Shown here: piece after piece, positions 52,159 to 64,000 of the stretch
Position numbering within the stretch: the first letter of the stretch is position 1
How the letters are laid out: each line of letters opens with the position of its first letter
Assembly: GCF_018350175.1 (NCBI RefSeq)
Contig: NC_058368.1
Location: 43,464,001-43,528,000 of the forward strand
DNA from: Felis catus
Lineage: Eukaryota
Length of the DNA stretch: 64,000 nt
Reading direction: 5' to 3'
The notes under the pieces: model-generated
Database searches by the model: none
The model's input: the letters and a program-made list of their open reading frames with translations, nothing else
What the model was told of the DNA's origin: nothing
Translations under genes and position numbers: made by a program

Positions 52159-53663
52159 CAGATTTATTTTTAAAAACTGAATTTTATTATTTGATTAATG
52201 ATCTTATTTTACTTTTTGATGAATGGCATGTGACTGAAATGGAATGATTAAATGTAACCGAATAAAATGTCAGTTTACAACATCTTAAGACCTAGAATTA
52301 TCTCTGAGCTCCCTAAATCTCAGTTTGATTACTTTCACACCAAGATTCAAATGTTGCTATAAAAATAAAGACAAAAGACAATCTTGGGTAGACTATCCAC
52401 CACTTGAATTAAACTTGCTGATACTTTTATCTAGCCGTTAAAGTTTTCAAAGGATAGATATATTTTCTTTCTGAATTGTAGTATGCAAATTACTATTTTG
52501 TTTCTGTAAAATCTCACATGTATAGCCCCAACAATGTTTTTATGGGGTTGTCACTTGCTTTAATGAACACAGTTATGCACTGAGGAGTACTTAGTTCTGT
52601 TATAATGTGTCATATTATCAATTCCATTATAAATGTATCAACTAAGAAACTGATTCAGCAGCAGGGTAGTTGTTCTATTATAAAATTAACTTTCGGATCC
52701 AAAAAGGCCACATGAAAACTAAATGTGCCTATTATTATTAATAAATTTATTTCATTTTGATGTTGCTTATCAAACATTTTATGTTTATTTTTTCAATGTT
52801 TTTGGACACTACAGAAGTTGAAAACTACAAAAAATTGTTTTTGAAATTTTCATTAAGTTCTTGGCAAGAAAGGCAGAATTCAAGGAGATATACTTTTAAA
52901 ACATAATTAGCATTGATTGAATCTGTACATATAAATCCTAAAACACAGTCTTGTGATACTTCCCTAAGAGTCAATACCTGTAGGGCCACTTGAATTTGAC
53001 TAAAAACATTTAAAATATATTGCCAATAGTTTAGTGATATTGAGGTAGGTAAAGGAAGTAGAATAATACCTGCTGCAGAGAAAACAAGCAATTTTGAAAC
53101 AAAAATTCCGGGTCAGGAAACTAGAAATTTTGGAACCTACCTGTTAGTGCCTAAATCAGTGTATTGAGAATCTATCATACCAATTCTTTAACTTTTGCTA
53201 ATATTTACTTTGAAAATTTAAAATAGCAATAAGCCAGTGGTTCACCTGACCACATGGAGGGAATATGACACTGCTACTTCGAAAATATCTATTTGGCCAG
53301 CTGATCTGATATTTAAAAACTATACCACATGTCATACTGAAATATACTGGACAGCCATCCCTCTGAAGAATAGCATGATTGGAATAAAAAGGCCAATACA
53401 AATTATGTTGTCTCACCCTAAATGATTTGTAACTTGCAAAAAGAAATGGAGCAGTCATTCCAATCTTTATTGGTATCTAATAGATAATCAGCACCTTTTG
53501 AAATTATGTTATATCACGATAATTACAAGTTTCTAATTTTAAAATAGATGAATTAAAATGAACATACTTTTTAAACATGTTAATATGTGAAGTTTTTAGC
53601 AGGCAAATAAAAACAAGAAGGGAAATTTTTCATTTAAAAACTATATGTCTGCATGGTATTTTA

Positions 53664-53891
53664 TTTTATTTTTTAAGTTTATTTATTTATTTTGAAAGAG
53701 AGAGAGAAAGAGTGTGTGTGAGAGGGCGAGAGGCAGAGAGAGAGAGAGAGACAGAGAGAGAGAATCCCAAGCAGATTCCATGCTGTCAGCACAGAGCCCA
53801 ATGCAGAGCTTGATCTCATGTACTGTGAGATAATGACTTGAGCTGAAGTCAAGAGTCAGATGCTTAACTCACTGAGTAACTCAGGCACCCC
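53664..53891 (-). mobile_element. Can-SINE
   Basis: Typical body; atggtatttta repeated at 53653-53663 and 53898-53908. Confidence 0.92.
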
Positions 53892-56711
53892 ATTTATATG
53901 GTATTTTAATGCAATGAGCATGCATTACTTTTATTATTAGAGAAAAGAGACATATATGAAGAACTATGTGAAAATTGTAGTATTCTATATAGTATTTTAT
54001 ATATTAAGGGACATAACTATATAGCTTTGAAGGAATTTAGAAGTAAATGAGACTGCAAAGTCTTTATTGGGAGGATCTTGCATGAAAATTTGCTCTAGAT
54101 TTAAGCACTATGGAAATTTTATCCCATAATCAGAGAAGATGAGGTTTTAACCTGGAGCCTCACTCATTTTGAAAGTCATTCCAAGGATGCATTGTTATTA
54201 TAGGAATATCTGGGTTTAGCCAGGTTGTACCAGTGAAATGAGATTCATGCCCCAGAGGCAAACATTGAGGAAAAAAAAAAAGAAACATATTTTTTTTTAA
54301 GTGAAAAAAGCAGACCATCTTTAGGAGGGCAAGATACATTATGTTCTTGACCTAAGAAAGCTATAGGATAAAGGCTCTTTGCTGAAGGACAAATGTAGAA
54401 AGAATACATGGCAAAAAATATTATTTTTCTATGGGAAAATAAACTACCCAGAGACCTAACAAAACTCAACTGACCACAGGGGGCCATTCAGTCTGAGACA
54501 GATTCCTACAGCTAGAGAAGCAGAACTAAAGTCAGTCAAAGGCCAGAGATCCAATCAGAGAAATGTCAGTTTGAAAAATAGTGAGAAAAAAGTACCATGT
54601 AAGCTTGGAGTTTCAGAAGCTCCTTGGCATTTGCCTGGATAAAAAAGTTAATGGCTTTAGCAGAGCTTTTTTTTTTTTTTTTTTTTTTTTGATGAATAGT
54701 TTCGGGGAAGAACTGGCAGATAATAATGGAGTAGGGAAGGAAGTGAAGAAGCAGTCTTTGGTGATGGGAAGAGAAGGGATCCAGAACAATTGTGGAGAAC
54801 ATTTTCTTCATTTTATTAAAAGACAAAGTTGAACACACCAGAAAGATAAAAGCAAGATGGTAAGCTGAAAGTGGAGAAGTAATTGTAAGGGAAAGAAGGT
54901 ACCAAGTACCAAGTGCAGGTGCTAAGTCAAGTTGAGGACAGTAGAAAACTAGGATGTGTAGGGAAAAGTAGTAATCACAAGGCAGTGCTGAAAACCACAA
55001 ATTTGCTTTCCAAGTTATGTATGTCAGCACATAGCAAGAAGTCGTAGTTATGATAGAGGGCAAAAGGGAAAGGAAAGCACGGATTTGAGCATTTACAATA
55101 ATTAACCTAAAATCTAAAGTAGATAAAGAGGAGTATGAAGAAAATTTGCAGCTGAGGAATTGAGAAAAAGTTTTTCTAGTGCATCTGGATAAGTTGGCTG
55201 TCTTGATCAAGTTGGAGTATTGGGAGGTTGGAGGGAGAGGTGGGTTGTAAACCACCTAACAAGCTCTGTAATTCAATATAGTTTACCAATAGTGTTAGTG
55301 TATCTTCAGTTCATAATGGAAGATGTGGAGCTTCAACACAGTACATGTTTGATTGAACAAATAGTTAAACCAAAATGAAGTGCTTTATTACTATTAGTAT
55401 TAGTCCTGAAAATAAACCTGTTTGTAGCTAAGTTTCATGAAAAAGTACCACAATCTTTGTTAATATAATAATAAAAACCAGGAGGAGATTTTTGTTTGGT
55501 TTTTGTTCTTTTTTTTTTTTTTTTAATACAGCATTAGCTTTGCCATCAACTCTATGGATTTTAGGCCACATAGATCTTTTACTGGGAAACACAGACTATA
55601 AGCTATCCAGTTACTTGCTAATGATGTCAAATTTGATTTCCCTGCCATTCAAGTAGTCTCAAAAGTATGCTGATACAGCTGATATTTGAGAACATGAGGA
55701 ATAGGTTTCCTCTTGTTTCCTTAAAATTTTCCAAGATGCATTCTTGTATTCAGTTAGTTCACTGGAAATTATATACCTGAACCACATTACTGTCCCACCA
55801 CCACTACAAAATGCCTCTACAGAATAACCTTTATTATTTATGCTTAGTCTTCACCCAGAGATGCTATTAAAGCAGAAAAAAGAGAAATGTCCCTTATTAT
55901 TAGGAATATAATTGATTTGACAGCTCCCTGAACCACTATGCAAAAGTGTCTATGGCAGATCACTCTAAGAATCCTACAGGTGGAGGTTTTATTCCTCCTG
56001 ATGGCTTACTTTAGTTTGGGCTACTAGATAATTAAAGTTCCCTCACATTTCTTTGCCCAGTTTGCTCAGTTCCTGAACTTCTGCCCTTGTCTTATCTTTC
56101 TTTCTTGCTTTTTTTTTAAATTATTTTTTTCTGTATTTAATGTAAGACTTCCCAAAATGATTTTGTAACTGACAATCTATCCATAAAAAACATAGTAAAT
56201 CAGCTAATCATTCCTTGAATCAAATCAAATAATTTTTATTATTTATCAAAAAAATTAAATTATTTTTGACTAAAAAAGTTTAATTCTATTGGTTTATTTT
56301 TGTATTGTTAGTTTGTATCTAAGTTTTTATTTAAATTCTAGTAACATACAGTCTAATATTAGCTACAGATACACATTATAGTGATTCACCACTTCCATAC
56401 AATTCATGGTGCTCATCACAAGTACACTCCTTAATCCCCATCACCTATTTCACCCATTCCCCCAGCCCTCTGGTAAACATCACTGTGTTCTCCTTAGTTA
56501 AGAGTCTGTTCCTTGGTTTGCCTCTCTCTCTCTCTCTCTCTCCCCCCGCCTGCCTTTGTTTTCTTATTCTGTTTCTTAAATTCCACATATAATTGAAATC
56601 ATTTGGTAATTGTCTTTCTCTGACTGACTTATTTCACTTAGCATAATGCTCTCCAGCTCCCTCCACGTTGTTGCAAATGGCAAGATTTCATTCTTTTTGA
56701 TGGCTGAGTAA

Positions 56712-56723
56712 TATGTATGTGTG

Positions 56724-56772
<49 letters not shown>
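56712..56772. repeat. (TG)n microsatellite in L1
   Basis: Directly visible. Confidence 0.95.
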
Positions 56773-56773
<1 letters not shown>

Positions 56774-57075
56774 ACATCTTTATCCCTTTATTTGTCCATG
56801 CACACATGGCCTGTTTCTGTAATTTTGCTATTGTGTATAATGCTATTATAAATACTGAGGTGCTGTATCCTTTTGAAATAGTATTTTTGTATCCTTTGGG
56901 TAAAGACCTAGTACTGCAATTGCTGGATCAGAGTAGTTCTATTATTAGTTTTTGAGGAACATCCATAATCTTTTCCAGAATAGTTGCAACAGTTTGCATT
57001 CTGACCAACAGTGCAAGAGGGTTTTCCTTTCTCCACGTCCTCACTGACACTGGTTGTTTCTTGTGTTGCAGATTC

Positions 57076-58034
57076 TAGCCATTCTAACAGGTGTGGGGTC
57101 GTTTTGTAGTTTTGATTTGCACTTCCCTGATGATGAGTGATGTCAAGCATCTTTCCATGTGTCTGTTGTCCATCTGGATGTCTTCTTTATTCACATCTTC
57201 TCATTTCTTAATTGGATCATTTGTGTTTGGGTGTTGAGTTTTATGATTTCTTTATGTATTTGGGATACAAAGAGCTCTTTATCATGCTCTTTGCAAGTAT
57301 CTCCTCCCATTCCGTAGGTTGTCTTTAAGTTTTGTTGATTGTTTCCTTTGCTGTGCAGAGGTTTTTGTGTTGATGAATTCCCAACAGTTTGGTTTTGCTT
57401 TTGTTTCCCTTGCTTCAGCAGACATATCGAGTAAGAAGTTGCTATAGCCAGTGTCAAAGAGGTTTACTGCCTTTGTTCTAGGATTCTAGGTTTCAGGTCT
57501 CACATTTAAGTCTTTCATCCATTTTGAATTTATTTGTGTGTATGGTGTAAGAAAATGGTCCAGTTTCATTCTTTTGCATGTTTCTGTCCAGTTTTCCCAA
57601 CACCATTTGTTCAGGAGACTTTTTTTTTTCCTCACTGGATATTCTTTCCTACTTTGTCAAAGATTGATTGGCCACATAGTTGTGGGTTCATTTCTGGATT
57701 TCTGTTCTGTTGTGTTGATCTATGTGTCTATTTTTGTGTCAGTACTACACTGTTTTGATTACACCTTTCATATATATTGTTTATATTACAGCTTTGTAAT
57801 ATTAAGTTGAAGTCCAGAATTGTGATACCTCCAGCTTTGCTTTGCTTTTTCAAGGTTACTTTGGCTATTTGGGGTCCTTTGTGTTTCCATACAAATTTTA
57901 GGATTGTTTGTTCTAGCTCTGTAAAAAAGGTTGGTAGTATTTTGATAGGGATTGCATTAAATGTGTAGATTGCTTTGGACAGTATAGGCATTTTAACAAT
58001 ATTTTTTCTTCCAATCCATGAGCTTGGAATGTCT

Positions 58035-58091
<57 letters not shown>

Positions 58092-58672
58092 CGCACGCGC
58101 ACCATCTTTAATGTCTTTCATCAGTGTTTTATAGTTTTCAGAGTCTTTCAACGCTTTGACTAGGTTTATTCCTAGGTATCTTATAGTTTTTGGTGCATTT
58201 GTAAATGGGATTGATTCCTTAATTTCTCTTTCTGCTGCTTCATTATCTGTGTATAGAAATGCAACAGATTGCTGTATGCTGATATTGTTTCCTGTGACTT
58301 TACTGAATTCATTTATCAGTTCTAGCAGTTTTGGGATGGAGTGTCAGGTTTTCTATATAGAGTATCATGCCATCTGCAAATAGTGGAAGTTTGACTTCTT
58401 CCTTGCTGATTTGGATGCCTTTTATTTCTTTTTCTTGTCTGATTCCTATGGCTAGGACTTCCAGTACTATGTTAAGTAATAGTGGTGAAAGGGATCATTC
58501 CTTCTTGTTCCTCACCATAGAGGAAAAGCTCTCAGTTTTTGTTTGTTTGTTTTTGTTTTTGTTTTTTGTTTTTTTGTTTTTTTTTTTCCAGTTAGGATGA
58601 CATTCGCTGTGTGTTTTTCAGGTGTGGCCTTTATTATGTTGTGGTATGTTCCCTCTAATCCTATTTTGTTGA
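57076..58672 (-). repeat. Right arm of a near-identical inverted repeat (L1 ORF2 sequence)
   Basis: Reverse complement of 45049-46598; length difference lies in the (CG)n(CA)n and A-rich tracts. Confidence 0.97.
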
Positions 58673-60495
58673 GAGCTTTTGTCCAGAATGGATGTTATCG
58701 AGTGCTTTACTTGCAAATTTAAATGAACATATGGGTCTTATACTTTTATTAATGTGATGTATTATGTTTTGTCAATTTGTGACTATTGAACCACCCTTGC
58801 AACTAAGGAATAAATTCCACTTGATTGTGGTGAATGATTTTTTTAATGTATTGTTGGATTTCTTTTACTAGTATTTTATTGAGAATTTTGCATCTGTGTT
58901 CATCAGGGATATTGGTCTGTAGTTCTCTCTTTTAGTGGTGTGTTTATTTGCTTTTGGTATCAGTATAATGCTGTCCTCTTAGATGAATTTGGAAATTTTC
59001 CTTCCTTTTCTTTTTCTTTTTTTTTTTTTTTGAATATTTTGAGAAGAATAGGTCTTAACCCTTCTTTAAATGTTTGATAGAATTTGCCTGTGAAGCCATC
59101 TGGTCCTGGAATGCCTTCATTAGGAGTTTTTTGATTACTGGTTCAATTTCTTTGCAGGTTATTGGTCTGTTCAAATTGTCTTTTTCTTCCTGTTTCAACT
59201 GATAGTTTCTATGTTTCTAGGAATTTGTCTATTTATTCCATGTTATCCAGTTTGTTGGCATTTAGTTTTTCATAATATTCTCTTTTATTTGTTTGTATTT
59301 CTGTAATTTTTGCTTGTTATTTCACCTCTCTCATTTGTGATTTTATGTATTTGTCTCCTTTCTCTTTTTGATAACTCTGATAGAAATTTATCAATTTTAT
59401 TAATTTTTTCAAAGAACCAGCTCCTGGTTTCATTGATCTTTTCTATTGTATTTGTTTGATTAGTTTCTATATCATTATCTCTGGTCTCATCTTTTACTTA
59501 TTCCTTCTGCTGTCCTTAGGCTTTGCTGTTCTTTTTCTAGTTCCTTTTGGTTGTTTATTTGAGATTTTTCTTGTGTATTTATGTAGGTCTGTATTGCTAT
59601 ATACTTCCCCCTTAAGATGGCTTTTGCTGCATCACAAATGTTTTGAACATTATATTTTCATTTTTTTTTGTTTCCATGTATTTTTTTTTCTTCTTTGATT
59701 TCTCATTTGACACATTTATTGTTTTGTAGCATGTTGCTTAATCCATGTATTTATGGTCTTACTATATTTTTTCTTGTGGTTGACTTCTAGTTTCATAACA
59801 TTGTGGTCAGGAAAGGTGCATGGTGTGACTTCAATTTTCTGTGTTTGTTGAGGCCTGTTTTGTGATCTAATATGTGGTTTATTCTGGATAATGTTCCATG
59901 TGCACTTGAAAAGAATGTGTATTCTATTTTAGGATGAAATGTTTTAAATATGTCTTTTAAGTTCATCTGGTGTAGTGTGTCATTAAAAGCCATATTTTTC
60001 CTTGTTTTTTTTCTTTTTAGATGAGCAGTTCATTGTTATAAATGGGGTGTTAGTCTCCTATTATTATTGTATTATTATCAATTAGATCCTTATGTTTGTT
60101 TTTAATTGTCTTATATATTTGGATGCTCCAGGTTGGGTGCATAAATATTCAAAATTGTTATATCTTCTTGCAGGATTGTCCCCTTTATGATAATATAGTG
60201 TCCTTATTTGACTTTGTTACAGTCTTTGTTTTAAAGTAATTTGTCAGATATAAGTATTGCTACTCCAGCTTTCTATTGACATAAATTTGCGTAATAAATC
60301 TTCCTCTGTCCCTTCACTTTGTCTGCAGGTATCTAGGTCTGAAATGAGTCACTTGTAGGCAGCATATACATGGATCTTGTTTTTCTGTTTTTGTTTTATC
60401 TATTCTCACACCCTATATCTGTTGATTAGAGCATTAGTCCATTTACATTCAACATAATTATTGCTAGGTATGTATTTATTGCTATTTTATTACTT

Positions 60496-60699
60496 GATTT
60501 TAGTTTATTTTCATTTATTTTGAGAGAGAGATCGAGAGCAAGCAGGGGAGGGGCAGAGACAGAGGGAAACAGAATCCCAAGCAGGCTCCATACTGGCAGC
60601 ACAGAGACCAATGTGGGGCCTGAACTCACAAATGGTGAGATCATGACTTGAGCTAAAATCAAGAGTTGGACACTTAACTGACTGGGGCATCCAGGCGCC
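60496..60699 (-). mobile_element. Can-SINE inserted near the start of L1 ORF2
   Basis: TSD attttattactt 60484-60495/60700-60711. Confidence 0.95.
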
Positions 60700-63334
60700 A
60701 TTTTATTACTTCTTCTGTCATTGTTTCTGGAGATTTTGTCTGATTCCTTCTTGTCCTTGTCACTTTGGGGCTTTCCTTTCACCCAAAGAGTTCCCTTTAA
60801 TATTTCTTGCAGTGCTGGTTTAGTGGTCATGAAGTCCTTCATTTTGTGTTTGTTGGGTAAACTCTTTGTATTCTATTCTGAGTGATAGCCTTGTTGAGTA
60901 GAGTATTTTGACTACAGGTTTTTCCCATTCAGCACTTTGAATATATTATGTCATTCCCTTCTGCTGTGCCAAGTTTCTGTTAAGAAATTTCCAGCTAGAC
61001 TTGTGGGCTTTTCCTTGTAAGTTAAGGATTCTTTTGTTTTGCTGCTTTTAAGATTTTCTCTTTACCATTATATTTTGCAAATTTAATTATAAGATGTTTT
61101 AATGTTGGCGTGCTTTTGTTGATTTTGATGGGAGTTGTTCATGCTTGCTGGAAGTGGACATCTGTTCCCTTCCCCATATTAAGGGAGTTTTCAGCTGTTA
61201 TTTCTTAAAGTAAATTTTCTTCCCCCTTTGTTTCTTTTCTTTTTCTGAGGCTCCTATAATACAAATGTTATCATGCTTGATGGAGTCACTGATTTCCCTA
61301 AATCTATTCTCATGTTGCGTAATTCTTCTTCCTCTCTTTTGTTCACCTTCATTACCTTCCATTACTTTATGTATGAACTTAATGACATACGACTATGTCA
61401 CTAATTTGTTCCTTTATTTCTTCCAGCCAGCTATTCATTGCATCAAGCCTGTTTGCATTCTCATTTAATACACTCTTTATTTCTGACTGATACTTTTTTG
61501 AAATTCTTTTATGTCTGTAGGAAGGGTCTCCCTTTTGTCTTCTATTATTTTCTCAAGCCCCATAAGTATCCTTGTGATTGTTGCTTTAAATTCTTCATTA
61601 GGTATGTTACTTATATCTCTTTCTCTTCCATCTCTGGCCATGGTGGCCTTATCTTGTTCTTTCATTTGGGATAAATTCATCTGTCTTCACATTTTGTGTA
61701 ATTCTCTGGCTTCTTCTCTGTGTTAGAAAAGACAGTTATGTCTATTGATGCTGAAAGTAATGGCCTTAAGAAGAAGAGATGATGTGGTGTCCAGGTCCTT
61801 GTGCATCAGGGATTTTTTTTCCAGTGTATGCTGCATACACTCTGCTGTTATGTTTTCACTGCTGTATCCTTTAGGCCAGTCATCTACAGAGGCTCTCCTT
61901 GCCTGTTTTAGGCAGTGTTTGGGTCCTGGCCTGAATGTAGCGAGTTTTAACGAGGTGTGCCCTGGACTAATTGTGAAATGAGCTGACACCACCTCCAACA
62001 AAACTTAGGCCCTGTAGAACTCTGTGGTTTTGATATGTGGTGTGAGGAGGGTTTTGTTTGTTTGTTTGTTTGTTTGTTTGTTTGTTTTTGCTGGTCTTCT
62101 TGGGTAGGAGCCCACTGTTCTGAGACTGAGAGACCATCCCACCAGAGTGCAGAGTGCTGGAGGTGAGGTCTTGGTGTAAGTAAGTTAGGCAGTCAGTGTT
62201 GGCATTGCACTGCTTCCCAACGAGTGGCTCCATGTTTATGCTGTGGGGTAGAGGAGGGGAATGATGCTCATCAGCTCCTTTTTTCCCAGAAAACTGTCTC
62301 TGTGAAAGTTGCTTCTTAGGGTTGCACTCTGAGAAGAGTGAATAATCTCCCCACTCTGTGCCCCAGGCACTGTTCAGATTGCTGTTTCCATGTTGTCTGC
62401 CCCTGGGTTGTTTGCCTGCCTTCTTTCCAAGAGAAGCACAGTATCCTCATGGCTCTATCCCAACCAAGCCCATTGATCTTTATAACTTCAGGCTTTAAGC
62501 TCTGTTGGTTGCAAGAACTCACAAAATCCAACCCCTCTTATTTCCCAAGCCAATGGCTTTAGGGTAACATTCTCCTTTGTGCTTTCCCCTGTGTGCTCCT
62601 CTCTCTTACACCCTTCTCCAGGGCCATAGCACCTACCTTCTGCAGCACCCACAATCTGTTTCTTCCCTAGACTACATCTCCGCACTTCCTATCTTCTTCA
62701 AATTGGACTTTTCTTTCCCTTTAGTTGTGGAGTTTAGTTGTTCTGTCAGTCTTCAGGTTGATTTTGTGGTATTTAGGAAGATTTGATAGTTATCTAGTTG
62801 TGTTCATGGTACAGGCTGAGCCTAGGGTCCTCTTATTCTGCAGCCATCTTCCTCTCTAGTGTATTGTTAATTTTGAAATCTTTGTGTGACAGTAGCATGT
62901 TTTAAGAGTGAATTTCAGGTGTTTCTTCTTCTAAATACTTAAAATATTAATTTATTAAACATGACTTGTTTATTATTTGAGTTTAATGTGGTAACTATAG
63001 CCTTGCCTCAATTATGAACTTTTAATGATTTTGGTCTATGAAATTAAGAAAGTCAAGTACTTGTCTTATTATTAAGTACTCAGATTAAACAAATGTTTTA
63101 CATCTTGTATATCTTGTAAATTCTTTGTGTAGAGTAGTTTTAGATGACTTAAGTGTTTATGTACCCATACCTATATGCATAGTGGTTTCACAAGTATTGA
63201 AAATTTCAAGACCCACTGAATAACAAATTTGATACTGTGTTAAAGTGATAAATATAAATATCACATAAAATTACATCTGAAAAATGTTTAATTTATGTGG
63301 AATTAACCAGACAGGAGATAAGAAACCACTGTAT

Positions 63335-63355
63335 ATCTATCTATCTATAGATAGG

Positions 63356-63386
<31 letters not shown>
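63335..63386. repeat. (TCTA)n(TAGA)n tetranucleotide microsatellite
   Basis: Directly visible. Confidence 0.95.
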
Positions 63387-64000
63387 TCAAAAATACTATG
63401 TTCAGTCAATAAAAAATCAGGACAGTCTTCTCCAGTCCTAAGTCTCATCGCCCTCAGAATGGATCACAAATATTTTGCTGTGTTTTCAGGTAGCTATCTC
63501 TGTATTTCTAAAGACCATGTTTTTCCTCCTTTGTATTTTTCCTCCTTCCCCCTTTTTGTCTCCCTTCTCTCTCTCCCTTTCTCTTCAAATTTTAGACATG
63601 ATTTTTTTTGAGTATTGCTTATGTCTAATATAGACATTTCTACATTAGAAGGTTAGTATCAAATACCTTTTCTCATATCTAACCCCAAATCACACTTTCC
63701 CTCTGTCATACTCCCATTATAATTAGATTCGAATATGTAGCACAATCAATATTTTGTTTTCATATTATTACAATCTTCAGTTTTAAATCATAGCTCACCT
63801 ACATAGTGTATAAGTATTCGATTTCAGTTTTGGTACACATTAGTTCGTTTTTCATGGTTCATATATTTTCATTTACTAATATTTTTGTTCTATGTAGTAT
63901 GATTAATCAATCCCTTGGTTGTAGTTTCCTGACTTGATATTTTCTCTTTGCACAAAAACCTTATGTTCCCTCAGAACGTTCAAATCTTTGTCTCATTTTC

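Larger units (their letters stand above)
56315..62859 (-). mobile_element. Old full-length carnivore LINE-1, colinear and decayed
   Basis: 5' end (cagccatcttcc, ctagggtcctc), ORF1 remnants (ISNIPNEEFKATITRIL, MTTKPALQEILKG), EN (EYTFFSSAHGTLSRINHI), RT and 3'UTR in order; TSD tgtattgtta(g/a)ttt 56301-56314/62860-62873. Confidence 0.95.

Noticed and set aside
54566..55255. 229-aa minus-strand ORF
   Set aside because: Low-complexity L/S/F-rich peptide with poly-K from a T-run, no recognisable domain, non-ATG start; region may be a decayed L2.
45049..58672. Inverted arms as terminal inverted repeats of a DNA transposon or as LTRs
   Set aside because: The arms are internal L1 ORF2 sequence continuous with flanking L1 on both sides; no transposase and no TSD at the arm ends.
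185..60699. SINE heads as tRNA genes
   Set aside because: tRNA-derived Can-SINE heads with CT-rich bodies, A-tails and TSDs; not cloverleaf tRNAs.
185..60699. SINE strand bias (15 minus vs 6 plus) as a sign of a host intron
   Set aside because: Small sample with non-independent nested copies, and the L1s occur in both orientations.
1..64000. CRISPR arrays, rRNA or prokaryotic operons
   Set aside because: No regularly spaced repeat-spacer array or dense coding structure; the sequence is mammalian.

Overview
AT-rich mammalian genomic DNA, almost certainly feline/feliform carnivore, judged by the Can-SINE (SINEC_Fc-type) tRNA-derived SINEs and felid-type LINE-1. It is not prokaryotic and contains no CRISPR, rRNA or confidently identifiable host CDS. 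The ORFs in the track are either degenerate L1 ORF1/ORF2 pieces or spurious. The window holds about 21 Can-SINEs, four large L1s (twin-primed 2368-4982; young, internally deleted 13841-19029; rearranged + copy 42161-47407; full-length - copy 56315-62859), older L1/L2/MIR/MaLR/ERV/MER5 relics and microsatellites. The standout feature is a pair of old, dead, oppositely oriented L1s that are clearly diverged over most of their length. They share a ~1.55 kb near-identical inverted segment (45049-46598 vs 57076-58672) around a ~10.5 kb unique spacer. Both L1s keep their own target-site duplications, which points to arm-to-arm gene conversion (a small self-homogenising palindrome and potential inversion switch) rather than a single inversion. 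An assembly artefact cannot be excluded from sequence alone. Weaker candidates are a terminal exon/3'UTR near 6.4-6.9 kb and an enhancer-like island near 38 kb. I see no evidence for a new protein-coding system.
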